Below are positions 52,825 to 64,000 of a stretch of 64,000 nt of DNA, piece after piece. The DNA is from the human T2T-CHM13v2.0 reference genome, Homo sapiens. How positions within the stretch are numbered: position 1 is the stretch's first letter; every line of letters starts with the position of its first letter. The notes beneath the pieces were generated by a model, which was not told the DNA's origin, made no database searches, and saw only the letters and a list, made by a program, of their open reading frames with translations. The stretch lies in NCBI RefSeq assembly GCF_009914755.1, contig NC_060930.1; one strand, given 5' to 3'. The translations under genes were made by a program, and so were the position numbers.

Positions 52825-52980
52825 CATGATCTTCAAAAAGTTCATAGAAAATATATGTTATGAAAAAACTATGCATGGATTTGCAATGTTTTTGCACCAA
52901 AATAAGCTTATAATAATTTATTATAACATGTCTGAACAGGATCTGGTTTGAGGCACCAAGAAGGCTAAGGTATCAGTTTT
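52825..52980 (+). mobile_element. HSMAR2 5' TIR and first ~155 nt, opposite orientation to the body
   Basis: tcttcaaaaagttcatagaaaat...atgaaaaaactatgcatggattt...aacatgtctgaacaggatctggtttgaggcacc matches the recalled HSMAR2 5' end; preceded by TA. Confidence 0.82.
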
Positions 52981-53122
52981 CAGGTATATGCGATGCATAT
53001 TTTGCCATGTATGTTTGTGTCTAAATTTTGGAAATGAGCTAGGTATCTTCTTTTCAAATAAAAAAAATTGTGGCCATACTTGTTTCTATTGCCTTACATG
53101 AATTAAGCACATAATTAGCCAG

Positions 53123-53310
53123 CATTCATTCATTCACTCATTCATTCATGAATAATCAACAAACACTTACTGTGTATTTATTATGTACCATTCACTAGGA
53201 GCGTCACCTTTCAGAGGAAAAAAACAGAAATGTAACTCACACAGATAAATGTACAACTAACAATTCTGATAAGATCTGTGAGGGAAAAAAAGAAAGTGCT
53301 ATGAGAATGA
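53123..53310 (-). mobile_element. L2 3'-end relic
   Basis: (CATT)n followed by caacaaacacttactgtgtatttattatgtacc. Confidence 0.6.
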
Positions 53311-54465
53311 AAATGTACTTTAATATACTTTGTTTTCATGTGAAAAATACCTGCAAGTTCCCAAGATTATTTTTCTCCAGTGTTAGTATGCATAAAATGA
53401 GTTTTCTGTGGTACATTAGTCACTAAGGTACACTAGGTTTTAGTAGAAGAACAATATAATTTTTCACCATTCCTGCCAAACACATTCAGAAAGAGAGAAA
53501 TATAATGTTATCTCTATGTGGCCCTTGAGGAAATTGAGTCAAAAGGAGATTGAGTAACCTGTCCAAAAAAATTAAGTCATGGAAGCTGGAGCTCTTTACA
53601 TCCAGGCACTGTTTATAAGATCAAGTTGTCATGGTTGGCTTAAGATGGAGAAAGAACCTAAGAAACACAATGCCAACCCCATCATTCTGCAGATAATAAA
53701 ATTGAGGTCAAGTGTCTTGCCCACTGCCACAAAAGTGCTGAAGCTTAATTAGCATGCAGGTGACTTGGTTCTGAGTCCCCTGTTCTTTTCACTCTGACAT
53801 ATGCCATGATCGATAAATTTAACATTAGTTTCAGCCTAATGTTTAAAGATTTTATTTTCTCTTTTAACTTAAATATTCTATATTCTAAGATATTATAATT
53901 TCCCCTCCACCAACCTAAACTTAGTTGAGTTGAATACTTGATATTTGCCCAAACATCAAGCATCTAGAGAAGATTCTACAAAACCCAAATATAAAGAATC
54001 CAAAACTCACCTTCACCACAACTGGATCTCAAATTACCCACGGCCATTGTTTAGCCACTCAGTAGGAGGGGAGAATGTAACAGGGATAACGTTTTCTTGG
54101 AAAGAGACAATGGTCTTTATTAATTATAACTGAAATATCTCATTTGTGTAAATTTTACAAAAATGAATTATCATGTAAACATATTTATTAGGTCCCCTCC
54201 CAGGGCCTTGGGAGTCCTCTGCAAGGGAAAGGTCCTGAAGCTTAAGCTTTGTTGACTTCACAGGAAATGAACCTCTTGTTTCTGAAAGCTTAGAATCAAA
54301 TTTAGAACGCACCTTTAACAACAGACCACAGGACTTGATTGGAATGGATTTCTGAAGTCTAACATTTTCTCTGGCATTATTTAATCCTTGCATTAATGAT
54401 TCCCCATTGTCCTAATCATTTCTTATTTTACTCTGTCAGATTATAGATTTCTTCCAAAAATGCCT

Positions 54466-54968
54466 TGTATTGGAGTTCCACCAAGACACAGATGACACCC
54501 TCCAAGGGTTTACCTGAGGAAACCCTTAGAGGGTGACTTAACTCTGACCATACGTCTGTAAATAGCCGTTTAAGGATAAGGACCTTTTACAGAGGTATGG
54601 TCAGAGTTAAGGGTGAAGTGCCCAAGGAAAAGCAACAGTGGGAAGTTGTCAGCTACCCAATGCCTGAAGAAGCAAGTGGAGAAAACTATGGTATCTGAGC
54701 TTGAAGAGAGCTCAGGGTCCTAAAGGGCAGGGTTGGGGGAGGGTAGGTGTCATTAGAGTCAAGGCACTGAGGCAGGCAGGCAGAGGACTAAGAACTCCCT
54801 CAGACCCCACCACTTCAAACTCCTGTTGGAGCCTCCTGACTCTGGTTGCTGCTAATATGAGCTAGGGGCCAAGGAACTTTAGATGGTGCAGTTCATAGGG
54901 TACAAAGCAGAGCAGAGAATGGCAGACCGCAAATCTAATGAGGGGAACAAACCAAGATTAACCGGCTC
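54466..54968 (-). mobile_element. ERVL-class solo LTR (LTR40-like) carrying a double inverted repeat
   Basis: acacagatgacaccc...tttacagaggtatggtcagagttaaggg...agcaacagtgggaag...gcctgaag resembles the recalled reverse LTR40 consensus. Confidence 0.55.
54496..54611. repeat. Two adjacent inverted repeats (16-bp and 26-bp arms)
   Basis: 54496-54511 pairs with 54520-54535 (15/16); 54537-54562 pairs with 54586-54611 (25/26). Confidence 0.93.
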
Positions 54969-56079
54969 AGGCCTGAATACCCTTAAAATAAGGTCTAGAA
55001 TAATGTAGATTACTATTTAAATACCTGGGTACAGGTTTATATTAATATTTAAAATTATGAGAATCTCTTTATCAGTAATTCAAACTCCATGAAAAAGAGA
55101 GCAAAATTGACATAGATTTTTGGTTGGTTGGTTGATTTTATTGTTTCTTCTGTTTTGTTTGTTTGTTTGTTTTTGTTTTTTTTATGATGAACCAAAAGAA
55201 AAAAAAACAACTTTTAAAAGCCGATAAGGAGCTGTTAATTTATGTAGTCATGTAATACTTACGAATTTATTACTAAATATATTTGTGAAGGGGACACATT
55301 ATCAAAGGTGGATGAATTGTAATTTAAGTACCAAATACCTTATTCTGAAACAAAAGTTCAGAACAGTTTTCTTGACCCCAACATTTTCAAGCCTGCTGAG
55401 ATTGTTTTGCCTGTCTCTTCACATATTTTGTCATTCTGGTCATTATACTCACAACTCCTGCATCAATAACTTCCTGGAAACCACTTTCTCTTTAGCCTTC
55501 TTAGCACAGTCCTTGTCCATTGTGTCTGTGGTTATAGGTGTAAGTGGGTGTGAAATTGAAGCACTTGGACTCCTGGATTGAAGCTGTGATGCAAACTCTC
55601 ACTCAGGCAGTGAGCAAGTAGGGTTGTCTGCTTTCCTTTTCTGTCTTAGGTCATTGAATGTACAATCCTCTATGCAGTGAGTGATTAATGCAGATACAAA
55701 GCTTAGCCTTTACGTGCTACTGAGCTGCTGAGAACAATTTATAGGACTAACTACAACTCTAATGTGTGTGCAGGAAGTTTTTCCCTAAAAAGACTTGGAA
55801 ATATTACAACGTACCTTTGTAGTTTGGGTGCTTTTGAGGCATGGAAACACAGACTAAAATATATTTAGGGATACAAGTTTCCCCCTTTCAAAATTTGTCA
55901 CAGTAGAAGAAATGCCCTTTTTGTCACATAATAATAGATTTGCTATTGTCAGAATGAATGTATTCTGCCCCACTAGTATGATCTCCATGAACAGGATCAA
56001 ATTTCTGTATATTTTAGATTTACAGAGAAACTAAGAAGATTAGTTTGCATTTCTTGCCCCTGACTACTATCCATTCTCC

Positions 56080-56280
56080 TGGGGTTATGGAAAGAACACA
56101 AAGTTTGACTTAGAAAACTTTGGGTTTAATTCACTTTACTAGTTTTATGAAATTGCTTAACCTCTAAGCCTAGCTTTCCTCATCTGTAAAACCTCAGCCA
56201 TAAGAGATTGGATAACAGCTACCTACTATAAGGATTAAGTACAATTATATGGGTTAAACCTCTAATCTGGTATATAGTAT
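56080..56280 (+). mobile_element. MIR
   Basis: ttgcttaacctctaagcctagctttcctcatctgtaaaa...aaggattaag. Confidence 0.65.
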
Positions 56281-58209
56281 ATGACCATCACCCCAAATCC
56301 AACAGTTCTCATCTTTCATTTTATGCCATGCTTTATTATTTTATGTTTATTTTCCCATTTATTTCGTAGAGAACACATTTTGGGTTGCAGTTTTGTTAAG
56401 GAAAGGAAAAGACTATACAAATAACTTTTAAGGAATTCTAATAATCATTTCATTAAATCGGGCCAGTATTTTTTTTCTGACAACTGAACACTTTATCCAA
56501 CAGTGCAACATTATTTTACACATATTAGGAAATTGATGATTGCCAAAAATACTTTTAACTGATTTTGTTTCATTTTTTGTTACTTCATGACAAAAGTTAA
56601 AATGCATATAGGATCAAGTATAATTATTTGTCCATTTCAGTTCTAGGGGAATCAGTTGAATATTTGAATGGATCTTAACAAAACTGAATGTACTTTATAG
56701 AGTACATGACTTTTTTTCTTAATTAACTATCTGAATTGTGATAGACGTTGTGGTAAGTTTCTCATCATGTTTTCTTGCTTTTCTCTGAAATAGCTGCTGA
56801 CTTTGTAAGAGTGCTAAGTCACAGCTGCATGAATATTCAATAGCCTTGAAACAAGGACCAGGCATTTGGTCGATTGATAGATGAATGTGTAGTGTCTGAG
56901 TTTTATTCCTCTCAGGGAAATTTTGAAATTGATGTGGCTATGGCTAGCGGCAACTTATATGCACTATTTGAAGCTCATTTATTACCTACTATCTCAGTTG
57001 AATCCTCTGATTGAAAATAGTGTATTTAAAATTATGATTTACTATGCAACAATCTAAATGTAACTGATTTTAAATGCATTGACTTTTGTTGTCACTATCT
57101 TAACCAACAATTTTAGATATGATTTAAGGATAATATATTATTTAATTCACATTTTCACATTCTTAAAATAAATTTTTTCAGTACATATGAGCATCAGGTC
57201 ACTGATTAATTCAGTACCTAGCTACAATAGGTGCTAATGTTCACCACTAAGTAATAATTATAAGCATTTGTTAAAGTACCAATTTCTATTTCTACTCTAC
57301 TTGTGAGTACTATCCTAATCCTTAATTAGAAGGACAATTATATATATATATATATGTATGTATGCAATCGAGATACTTAATATATAGCCTCCATTGGATA
57401 TCTGGATTGCTTAATAAATTTCAAATACATTTTATTAACAGGTACTAATGAAATCAGTGAAAGAAGCTTGTTTTTCATTCACAAATTGTTAGTATATTGA
57501 AGATTTACAAAAGAATGGCCATGTGTACACATTTTTTACTACTGTGCACATATATACTCATCTGCAAAAACCATTATGGATCAATTGCAGTACTTAGACA
57601 TCACAATTATAAATGGAGGATTTTAATAATTATTTATAAAAATAATTTCAAATGTATTCCCTAGAAAATTTAGGATAAACATTTTCTAACATTTGAATCA
57701 ACTATGCAAAATCACTTGCAATCAGTTTTTAGAGCCCATTAACTTTGATGTCATTTCAAATGCTGTTTACATATGGAATAACTACTTTGATTATCCCCTA
57801 GGAAGTTAATTTCGTGTTTAAAGCAATGAAATCTTCTTTCTTCCATATTTAAAATTACAAAAAAAGTAAAGAATAACAACACAGCAAGTGAGGATGCTGA
57901 ACAAATATAAGTCATCTTGCTCAAAGTATATTTACTCTTTGATCTTGAACTCTTCCTTTTTATAATTTTTTCCCTAATTTTAAAAAGTGAGACAATGCAT
58001 TTAAATTTCTGTATGCTACACCGTTTCTTCACCTTGGTTTAAAACATAAAATATACCAGGGGTTACTTAAACCTGTACTCTAGGTACCCAAAGGCCCATG
58101 AAATACACATTTACTAGCAATGTTCAATAACCTCCAATAGGCAATATTAGTCTCAAACAACCACTTTAAAATATCCCTAAGGCTTCCTTTGCTGGTTTGA
58201 TTTTAGCAT

Positions 58210-58669
58210 TAATGTTGTACAAGTTATTTATATAATATAAAATTATATTTCTTCATCTGTAAAATTGAATTAATAATATCTTTTATTTGGTTTTATTGTA
58301 AGGATCAAATGGACATATAGAGAGGCAGATATAGATATAAACAGATATAAGATACATAGCTAGATAGATGATAGATATTAGCTGGCTACACAAATGCTAT
58401 ATACATGATAGATATAGATACAGATTCGTAAACATATGGTATTGTAACTATTATGGTTATATTATAATATATATTATAAATATTACCACTTATTTCAAAT
58501 TTAAAACTAACCAATGAAATACAAATTATATTTTGATTTCATTGAATTGTCTTGCAATTTAGAACACTTTGGAACTGAATGTTTTTTATGTGGTTGGTAG
58601 TGTGGAAAACTGGGAAAGGTCAATTAAAACACAGAAATGCAAGGTTTAGAGAACGTTTAAATGAGGTAG
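58210..58669 (+). repeat. 460-bp dispersed direct duplication, copy 1 (derived insertion)
   Basis: Matches 63367-63821 with 3 substitutions and one 5-bp indel by manual alignment. Confidence 0.97.
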
Positions 58670-60500
58670 CAATGAGGAATTGCTGTGTTGTGTTACAGTA
58701 ATTTTGAAATTGATAGAATTTTGAAACTTGATATCACTGTTTTAAAAGTTTGCCTTTTAACTCCTACTCCTATTTTGACGGGTGGGAAAATAATTTTTCC
58801 TACAGCACAGGGGTTGTAAAGAGAAATGAAAATGGTAGCTACTAGTGTACACTCCTTAAAAATGTCAACAATGAAATAATGTTTTTAGAAGGCCTCTTAA
58901 AAATCAAAGCTTGAAAACATATACTAAAAAAGAAAGGTGGTTAGTGGGGCTTCTCTGATGACTCAGCTCCATAGAATCAATTTAAGGAAACTCAAGTTGA
59001 AAGCAAAGTGTCCTCAGTTTTAAAGGTAAGTGTGAGCTTAAGAAAGAAAATGATAGTGGGAAAATTGTTAAAGTCAAATAGTTTCTAATAAAATGTCTAC
59101 TCATTTGTGGGTTCAGTGTATGCAGTTTTTTCTTGTATGTCCCTGTAATTCCAACTCTGGGTTTTAGGCTTATGAAAATTAACTACACAACCAACCAAAT
59201 GAAATGAGTGAAATAAACTGTCAGGCCTGAGGTCTGACTATCTATTGACGCATACCGCAGTGTATCATGAATGTAGTGAAGAAAACTTTGCATTGGTATG
59301 TTTTTAAGCGATGGTCTTCAGTATTTAAGAATTTCAAATTTTTGAAAAGATAGTGGTAGAACCTTCCATATTATTCTATATGAACCAGTTAACTGGACCA
59401 TGGCATATCCTGACTCCTTACAAAGAATTTTGGAGTTTCATAAAACTAAGTAATGCAAGGTATCTCATTCTCTTAGTGTTTCTTTTCTGTGATGTATATT
59501 GGTCTTTGATTTTCATGCATATTTATGAATTACCAAAACAATATTTTTCATTCTGAACTTATGATATCAGCAGGACTGGATGTTCTATACTAATTGACAA
59601 ATTAGATGCATATTAATCACCAGGAACACATGGTGGCATCTACCCCCAAATTTGGAAAGCACTCAAAAGTGTCATTTGCAAATTTAGGACTGTTGACAAA
59701 ATGGGCAGTTTTTCTTTATAGGAGGCATGATGCCAGGGGCCTAGTGAATTGACATATTGCACCTTATTATAAGAAAGTATACAGAGGATGAATATAATTT
59801 TATTTCCTAACTTGGTTAATAAGATGTATAGATCCATTTAGAACCACCAGCCATCCATTTGAGTGGCAGAAACCTAACTTAAGTGAATTTTTTTATATCC
59901 ACCCCCACCACTATACTGAGATTTATCGAAGTTTGAGAGGGTAACTAGTATCAAGGCACTGGTATGGGAGTGAGGTGGGGGGAGGTGTGTATGAAAGGGC
60001 TAATTCACCTTGTTTTTTTAGTCTTCTGACTACACACACAGATGTCTGCTGAGATGTCCATTATCCCATGTGGCCCTCAATTATTTTTCCTATTGTTTAC
60101 CTCAGAGGCATGCTGTGTTCCTCTCCTCCTGATCCCTTAAACTCTGGTGCTCTGTCCCTTTTTTGATGGTCATTCTCTTGTCTCCAGCCTACATTAGGAA
60201 AAGGAAATGAGTATTTTGAACTTTCCTAACTCCCAATAACTGCTCCTGTCCCTCATCTCTAGATTCTATCCCTTCACCACTATCTTCTTGCTCCCTAGGC
60301 CAGGGTTCCTGTCTTTGGAGAAAGCATCAGTCTTTTTAAACACCATTCTCCCAAGCATTGTGGTTAATACCTTGGACTTCTTTTTATGTCTCTATGGGTT
60401 TAGGGTTTTAGAAATCAAAGTCAGCAATACTCATCCTTTTCTGTATTGGGCTATTTTATATCCCCTCTTACGAGGTAATAGGCATCGTATAGTCTATTTT

Positions 60501-60670
60501 CAGTGATATCTAATAAAACTTGTGATGATGGAAATAGCTACATGTGGCAACTGAGCACCTGAAGTGTGGCTAATGTGACTGAGAGAGTGAAGTTTTAATT
60601 ATATTCAGTTTTAATTATTTTAATTTAAATGGCTACATGTGGCTAGTGGCTGCAGTATGAGATAGCACAG
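60501..60670 (+). mobile_element. MER3 (hAT-Charlie) with internal deletion
   Basis: gtgatgatggaaat...tagctacatgtggcaactgagcacctgaagtgtggcta...ggctacatgtggctagtggct...agcacag. Confidence 0.75.
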
Positions 60671-63319
60671 ATAGCTGCTTGAATGTAGAGAAATGACAAA
60701 GGGGAGCAATATGATAAAGGTGAGGCTTTTAAAAAATGGCTATAATTGAAAAATATCATCCAGTCCTGAAATCATATCAGAGAATTTCTTTTGACATCTG
60801 TATAGCATGCCAAAATTGAATTGAAATTACCATAACTCAAATTGCCTTAAAAAAATTGTCCCTCCTTCTGAGTGTAATTTCTTCTTGCACTCATTTACCA
60901 CTAATGGGAGACAGGTAGCAGGGAGAAAAGAGGGGAACAAATCTAAACTTTCAGCAAAAGGCCTCTTCTGAGTAGATTACCAGTCTCTTATGCTAGTGTT
61001 TGCTTTCTCATTCCAAGATGGCGTCAGGATGTAAAAGAAAGCCTAGGAACATGTCTTCTTGTGATGGGGAAGGGCCCCCTGGATTGTGTGACATTTCCTT
61101 GGTTTCTTTTGGTCTCCTAAAGACTGGGACCGGACATGAGTGATGTCTGGGTAACTTCTTAACTACTGTTAAGAGTCCACAGCGAGTGAGACTTGCAGTC
61201 TATTCTTGGTGGGTCTTGCTGTTGCTGTCCTCTCCCAATCTGACTGCTACCTTGATGGGATCAAAATGCTGGCTCTGTCATACAACACATATAGGGATGA
61301 CTGAGCCCAAATAGACAATCTCGGTGTCATTTTTCAGTGCTTTTGACCCTACAGAGGTAAAATAACTGCGTGTGACACATTAAATGTTGTGAGGCAAAGG
61401 AGCTGGATTCTCAGATGTTCTTGGCTTCCCCCATTTGCATATCTAGGATTTTTGTTGTGGATTTTCTTAGCGCCTTCCTGTATTTGGCTGCGACCCAAAG
61501 GGGGTAGTCTCTTTTCAGGTTCTGTTTATCTGAATCTCCCCTTCCTCCTCTCTGAAGGCTTTCCATTCGTCTTCTTGCCTGGCCAGAACTTCTCTGAAAT
61601 CCCGTTATCAATGGTTTACAGTAAGCTTTTGTGATCCGAATTAGCCAAGATTAACACTTAATATTTAGAGGGAACTTTTGGAATTTCTCATTTTCTCTTT
61701 AAGTAAATCTTGGCACTTAAGATTATTGTGTCGCTGTGGAATCAAATGCTTATTTTGGAAATTAAAAGCTGAATGTATTTTTTTTTACTCTCTACTTTTC
61801 TGCATTAAAGATACAAAGGCCTATATAATAATGTTAATAAAGCCATCTATAAGTTGGATTTTAAATTTTTATAGTTTCCTGTATTTTTGAAAATTGACAT
61901 TTGCCACTTTTCTTCTAAAAATTAAAAAAAAAACCTATGGGATTTTGCACAACCTAATTTGGAAGTAAAATCAAAATCACAACTGAATTAACGAAAGTTT
62001 TTGGATAAGGAAATTCCTGAACTTGATGTATTATTATTCTGACATGGAGGAAAATGTTCCTTATGAGCTCCTTCTAGGACATTTACATTTATAATATAAT
62101 AAGAATAATTTTTTTCACATTATATGACAAATTTATATAATTTTTTCTAATGATTACCAGTAATTAAATGTCAGTTTCTAACTTGGCTCCAAATAGTTAA
62201 ATTTTAAACTATTTTAACAATCATAAAGTGTTCAGGTCCTTTAGTCAAGGACAATTAACCATTTATTTTTATATTACAGGAGGTCAACATGAAGCAAATT
62301 TAGACAAATTGTAGTTAACTTTGCATAAGCATTTTCTTTAAAGAAAATCTGTAAACTCCAGACTACTTTGATTAATTTAAAAACCTTTCGTCCTCCTGTA
62401 AATTGATTCCATTGTGCAAATGTCTTGTACTGTGGTACTTCTTACTCTTAGAGAATTGTCACCTGTGCTATTCAGTCAGCTCAGTCAGTGAGAATAAAAA
62501 GACCTCAGAGAACCACAAAGAATTCTAAGAAGATGCTCTCTCTCTCTCAGGAACTGTGTGTTGGATGGATCAAACCTTGAAATCAAAATGTTCAACTTTG
62601 AGTTTATGTTAAAAAGAAAGCTTCCCATATTAATGTCTAGAAATAAGTTTTACACTGTTCTCTCTTGGAAGGGCATTATTTTTGCATTTTGTTGACAAAA
62701 GCAAATTTCATAAATAACTGTTTCATTTCAATTAACCAGTTTCTTTGGGATTTATTTTAAGATGGACTTCTTAAAGTAAGGCTTTTGATATTTTTAAACT
62801 TAGAAATTTGTATATATGGCCTGCTTTGATCATCATTGTTGATCAATGCTTATAATACTAGTCTAAGTGGCAAATGAATTTTTCTCTTCGAGCATGTAAA
62901 CTCATTTATATACTTGTTCTTTTAAAAAAAATACATGGAATGCCTTTTTGTGCTGGATTTCTTTGTTCTCTCTTCTATTGCAGGAGGTTAAGCTTTTCAT
63001 AGTAACATTTTTAGTGTTGACTCATACTACTTATCTTAATAATTTCAATCAGTCTAATGGAGTGACCTAGCTACTTGGTTCTGTATAATGATGATTCCTG
63101 TCTAGAAATCATCCTCAGACTTCCTTGTCTTCTCTTTTAGTGAAACAAACTGTACAGCACTGTCACTCATTTTAATAGGGGCAATGTCATTGCTTGCCAC
63201 CTGTTATTTAATCTTTAGGATTTGGCAAAACAGACACCTTTCTTTTTATTCCACATTGCCCTGTTTACCAGATATAGGACTAGCTCTTTGCTGTTGAAGA
63301 CTTTCAAAGGATTTGCATT

Positions 63320-63475
63320 TAGAGGAACTTGAGGTTGAATTCTGACTCCATCAATTAATAGTCAAATAATGTTGTACAAGTTATTTATATAATATAAAAT
63401 TATATTTCTTCATCTGTAAAATTGAATTAATAATATCTTTTATTTGGTTTTATTGTAAGGATCAAATGGACATAT
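63320..63475 (+). mobile_element. MIR relic spanning the left boundary of duplication copy 2
   Basis: ggttgaattctgactcc...caagttattta...tttcttcatctgtaaaattg...ttattgtaaggatcaaatg. Confidence 0.6.
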
Positions 63476-63821
63476 AGAGAGGCAGATATAGATATAAACA
63501 GATATAAGATACATAGCTAGATAGATGATAGATATTAGCTGGCTACACAAATGCTATATACATGATAGATATAGATACAGATTCATAAACATATGGTATT
63601 GTAACTATTATGGTTATAATATATATTATAAATATTACCACTTATTTCAAATTTAAAACTAACCAATGAAATACAAATTATATTTTGATTTCATTGAATT
63701 GTCTTGCAATTTAGAACACTTTGGAACTGAATGTTTTTTATGTGGTTGGTAGTGCGGAAAACTGGGAAAGGTCAATTAAAACACAGAAATGCAAGGTTTA
63801 GAGAATGTTTAAATGAGGTAG
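63367..63821 (+). repeat. 455-bp dispersed direct duplication, copy 2 (probable donor)
   Basis: Matches 58210-58669. Confidence 0.97.
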
Positions 63822-64000
63822 TGCTCATTTAAGAATGTGTAAGATTGTAACACAAAAATAGAAACCAATGAGGAGGCACCAACAAGTAAGCACTTAAATC
63901 ATACCATAAAGAATGGGAATGAGTTTTTCAAAATAAATAGGAACTCTTGATTCTTAGGAAGGTTCGTGTATTAATTGCTTAATTTTGTCAGTTTATTTTA

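Overview
Human (Alu-containing) genomic DNA covering the 5' end of ADGRB3/BAI3 (adhesion GPCR B3) on the + strand. It contains a CpG-island promoter, two non-coding exons (donor 1567/1568; exon 2950-3121), the first coding exon (4220-4991, ATG 4235; signal peptide plus N-terminal CUB-like domain), and then about 59 kb of one very large AT-rich intron. The intron holds nine Alus, a 3.45-kb antisense L1 with a perfect 15-bp TSD, a broken HSMAR2 mariner, several MaLR/ERVL LTRs, MIR/L2/MER3 relics, microsatellites and a 71-nt tailless U3 snoRNA retrocopy. I see no clear new multi-gene system. The best leads are: (1) a recent 460-bp templated insertion copied from 5.2 kb downstream, with a readable donor, junction microhomology and CpG-only substitutions; (2) a tandem double hairpin apparently made by template switching inside an LTR; (3) a candidate intronic-polyadenylation isoform encoding a secreted ADGRB3 N-terminal domain; (4) a probable ~610-bp inversion splitting the mariner; (5) a uORF-rich 5' leader. 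Repeat family names come from recalled consensus sequences, and repeat boundaries are approximate unless a TSD is given.
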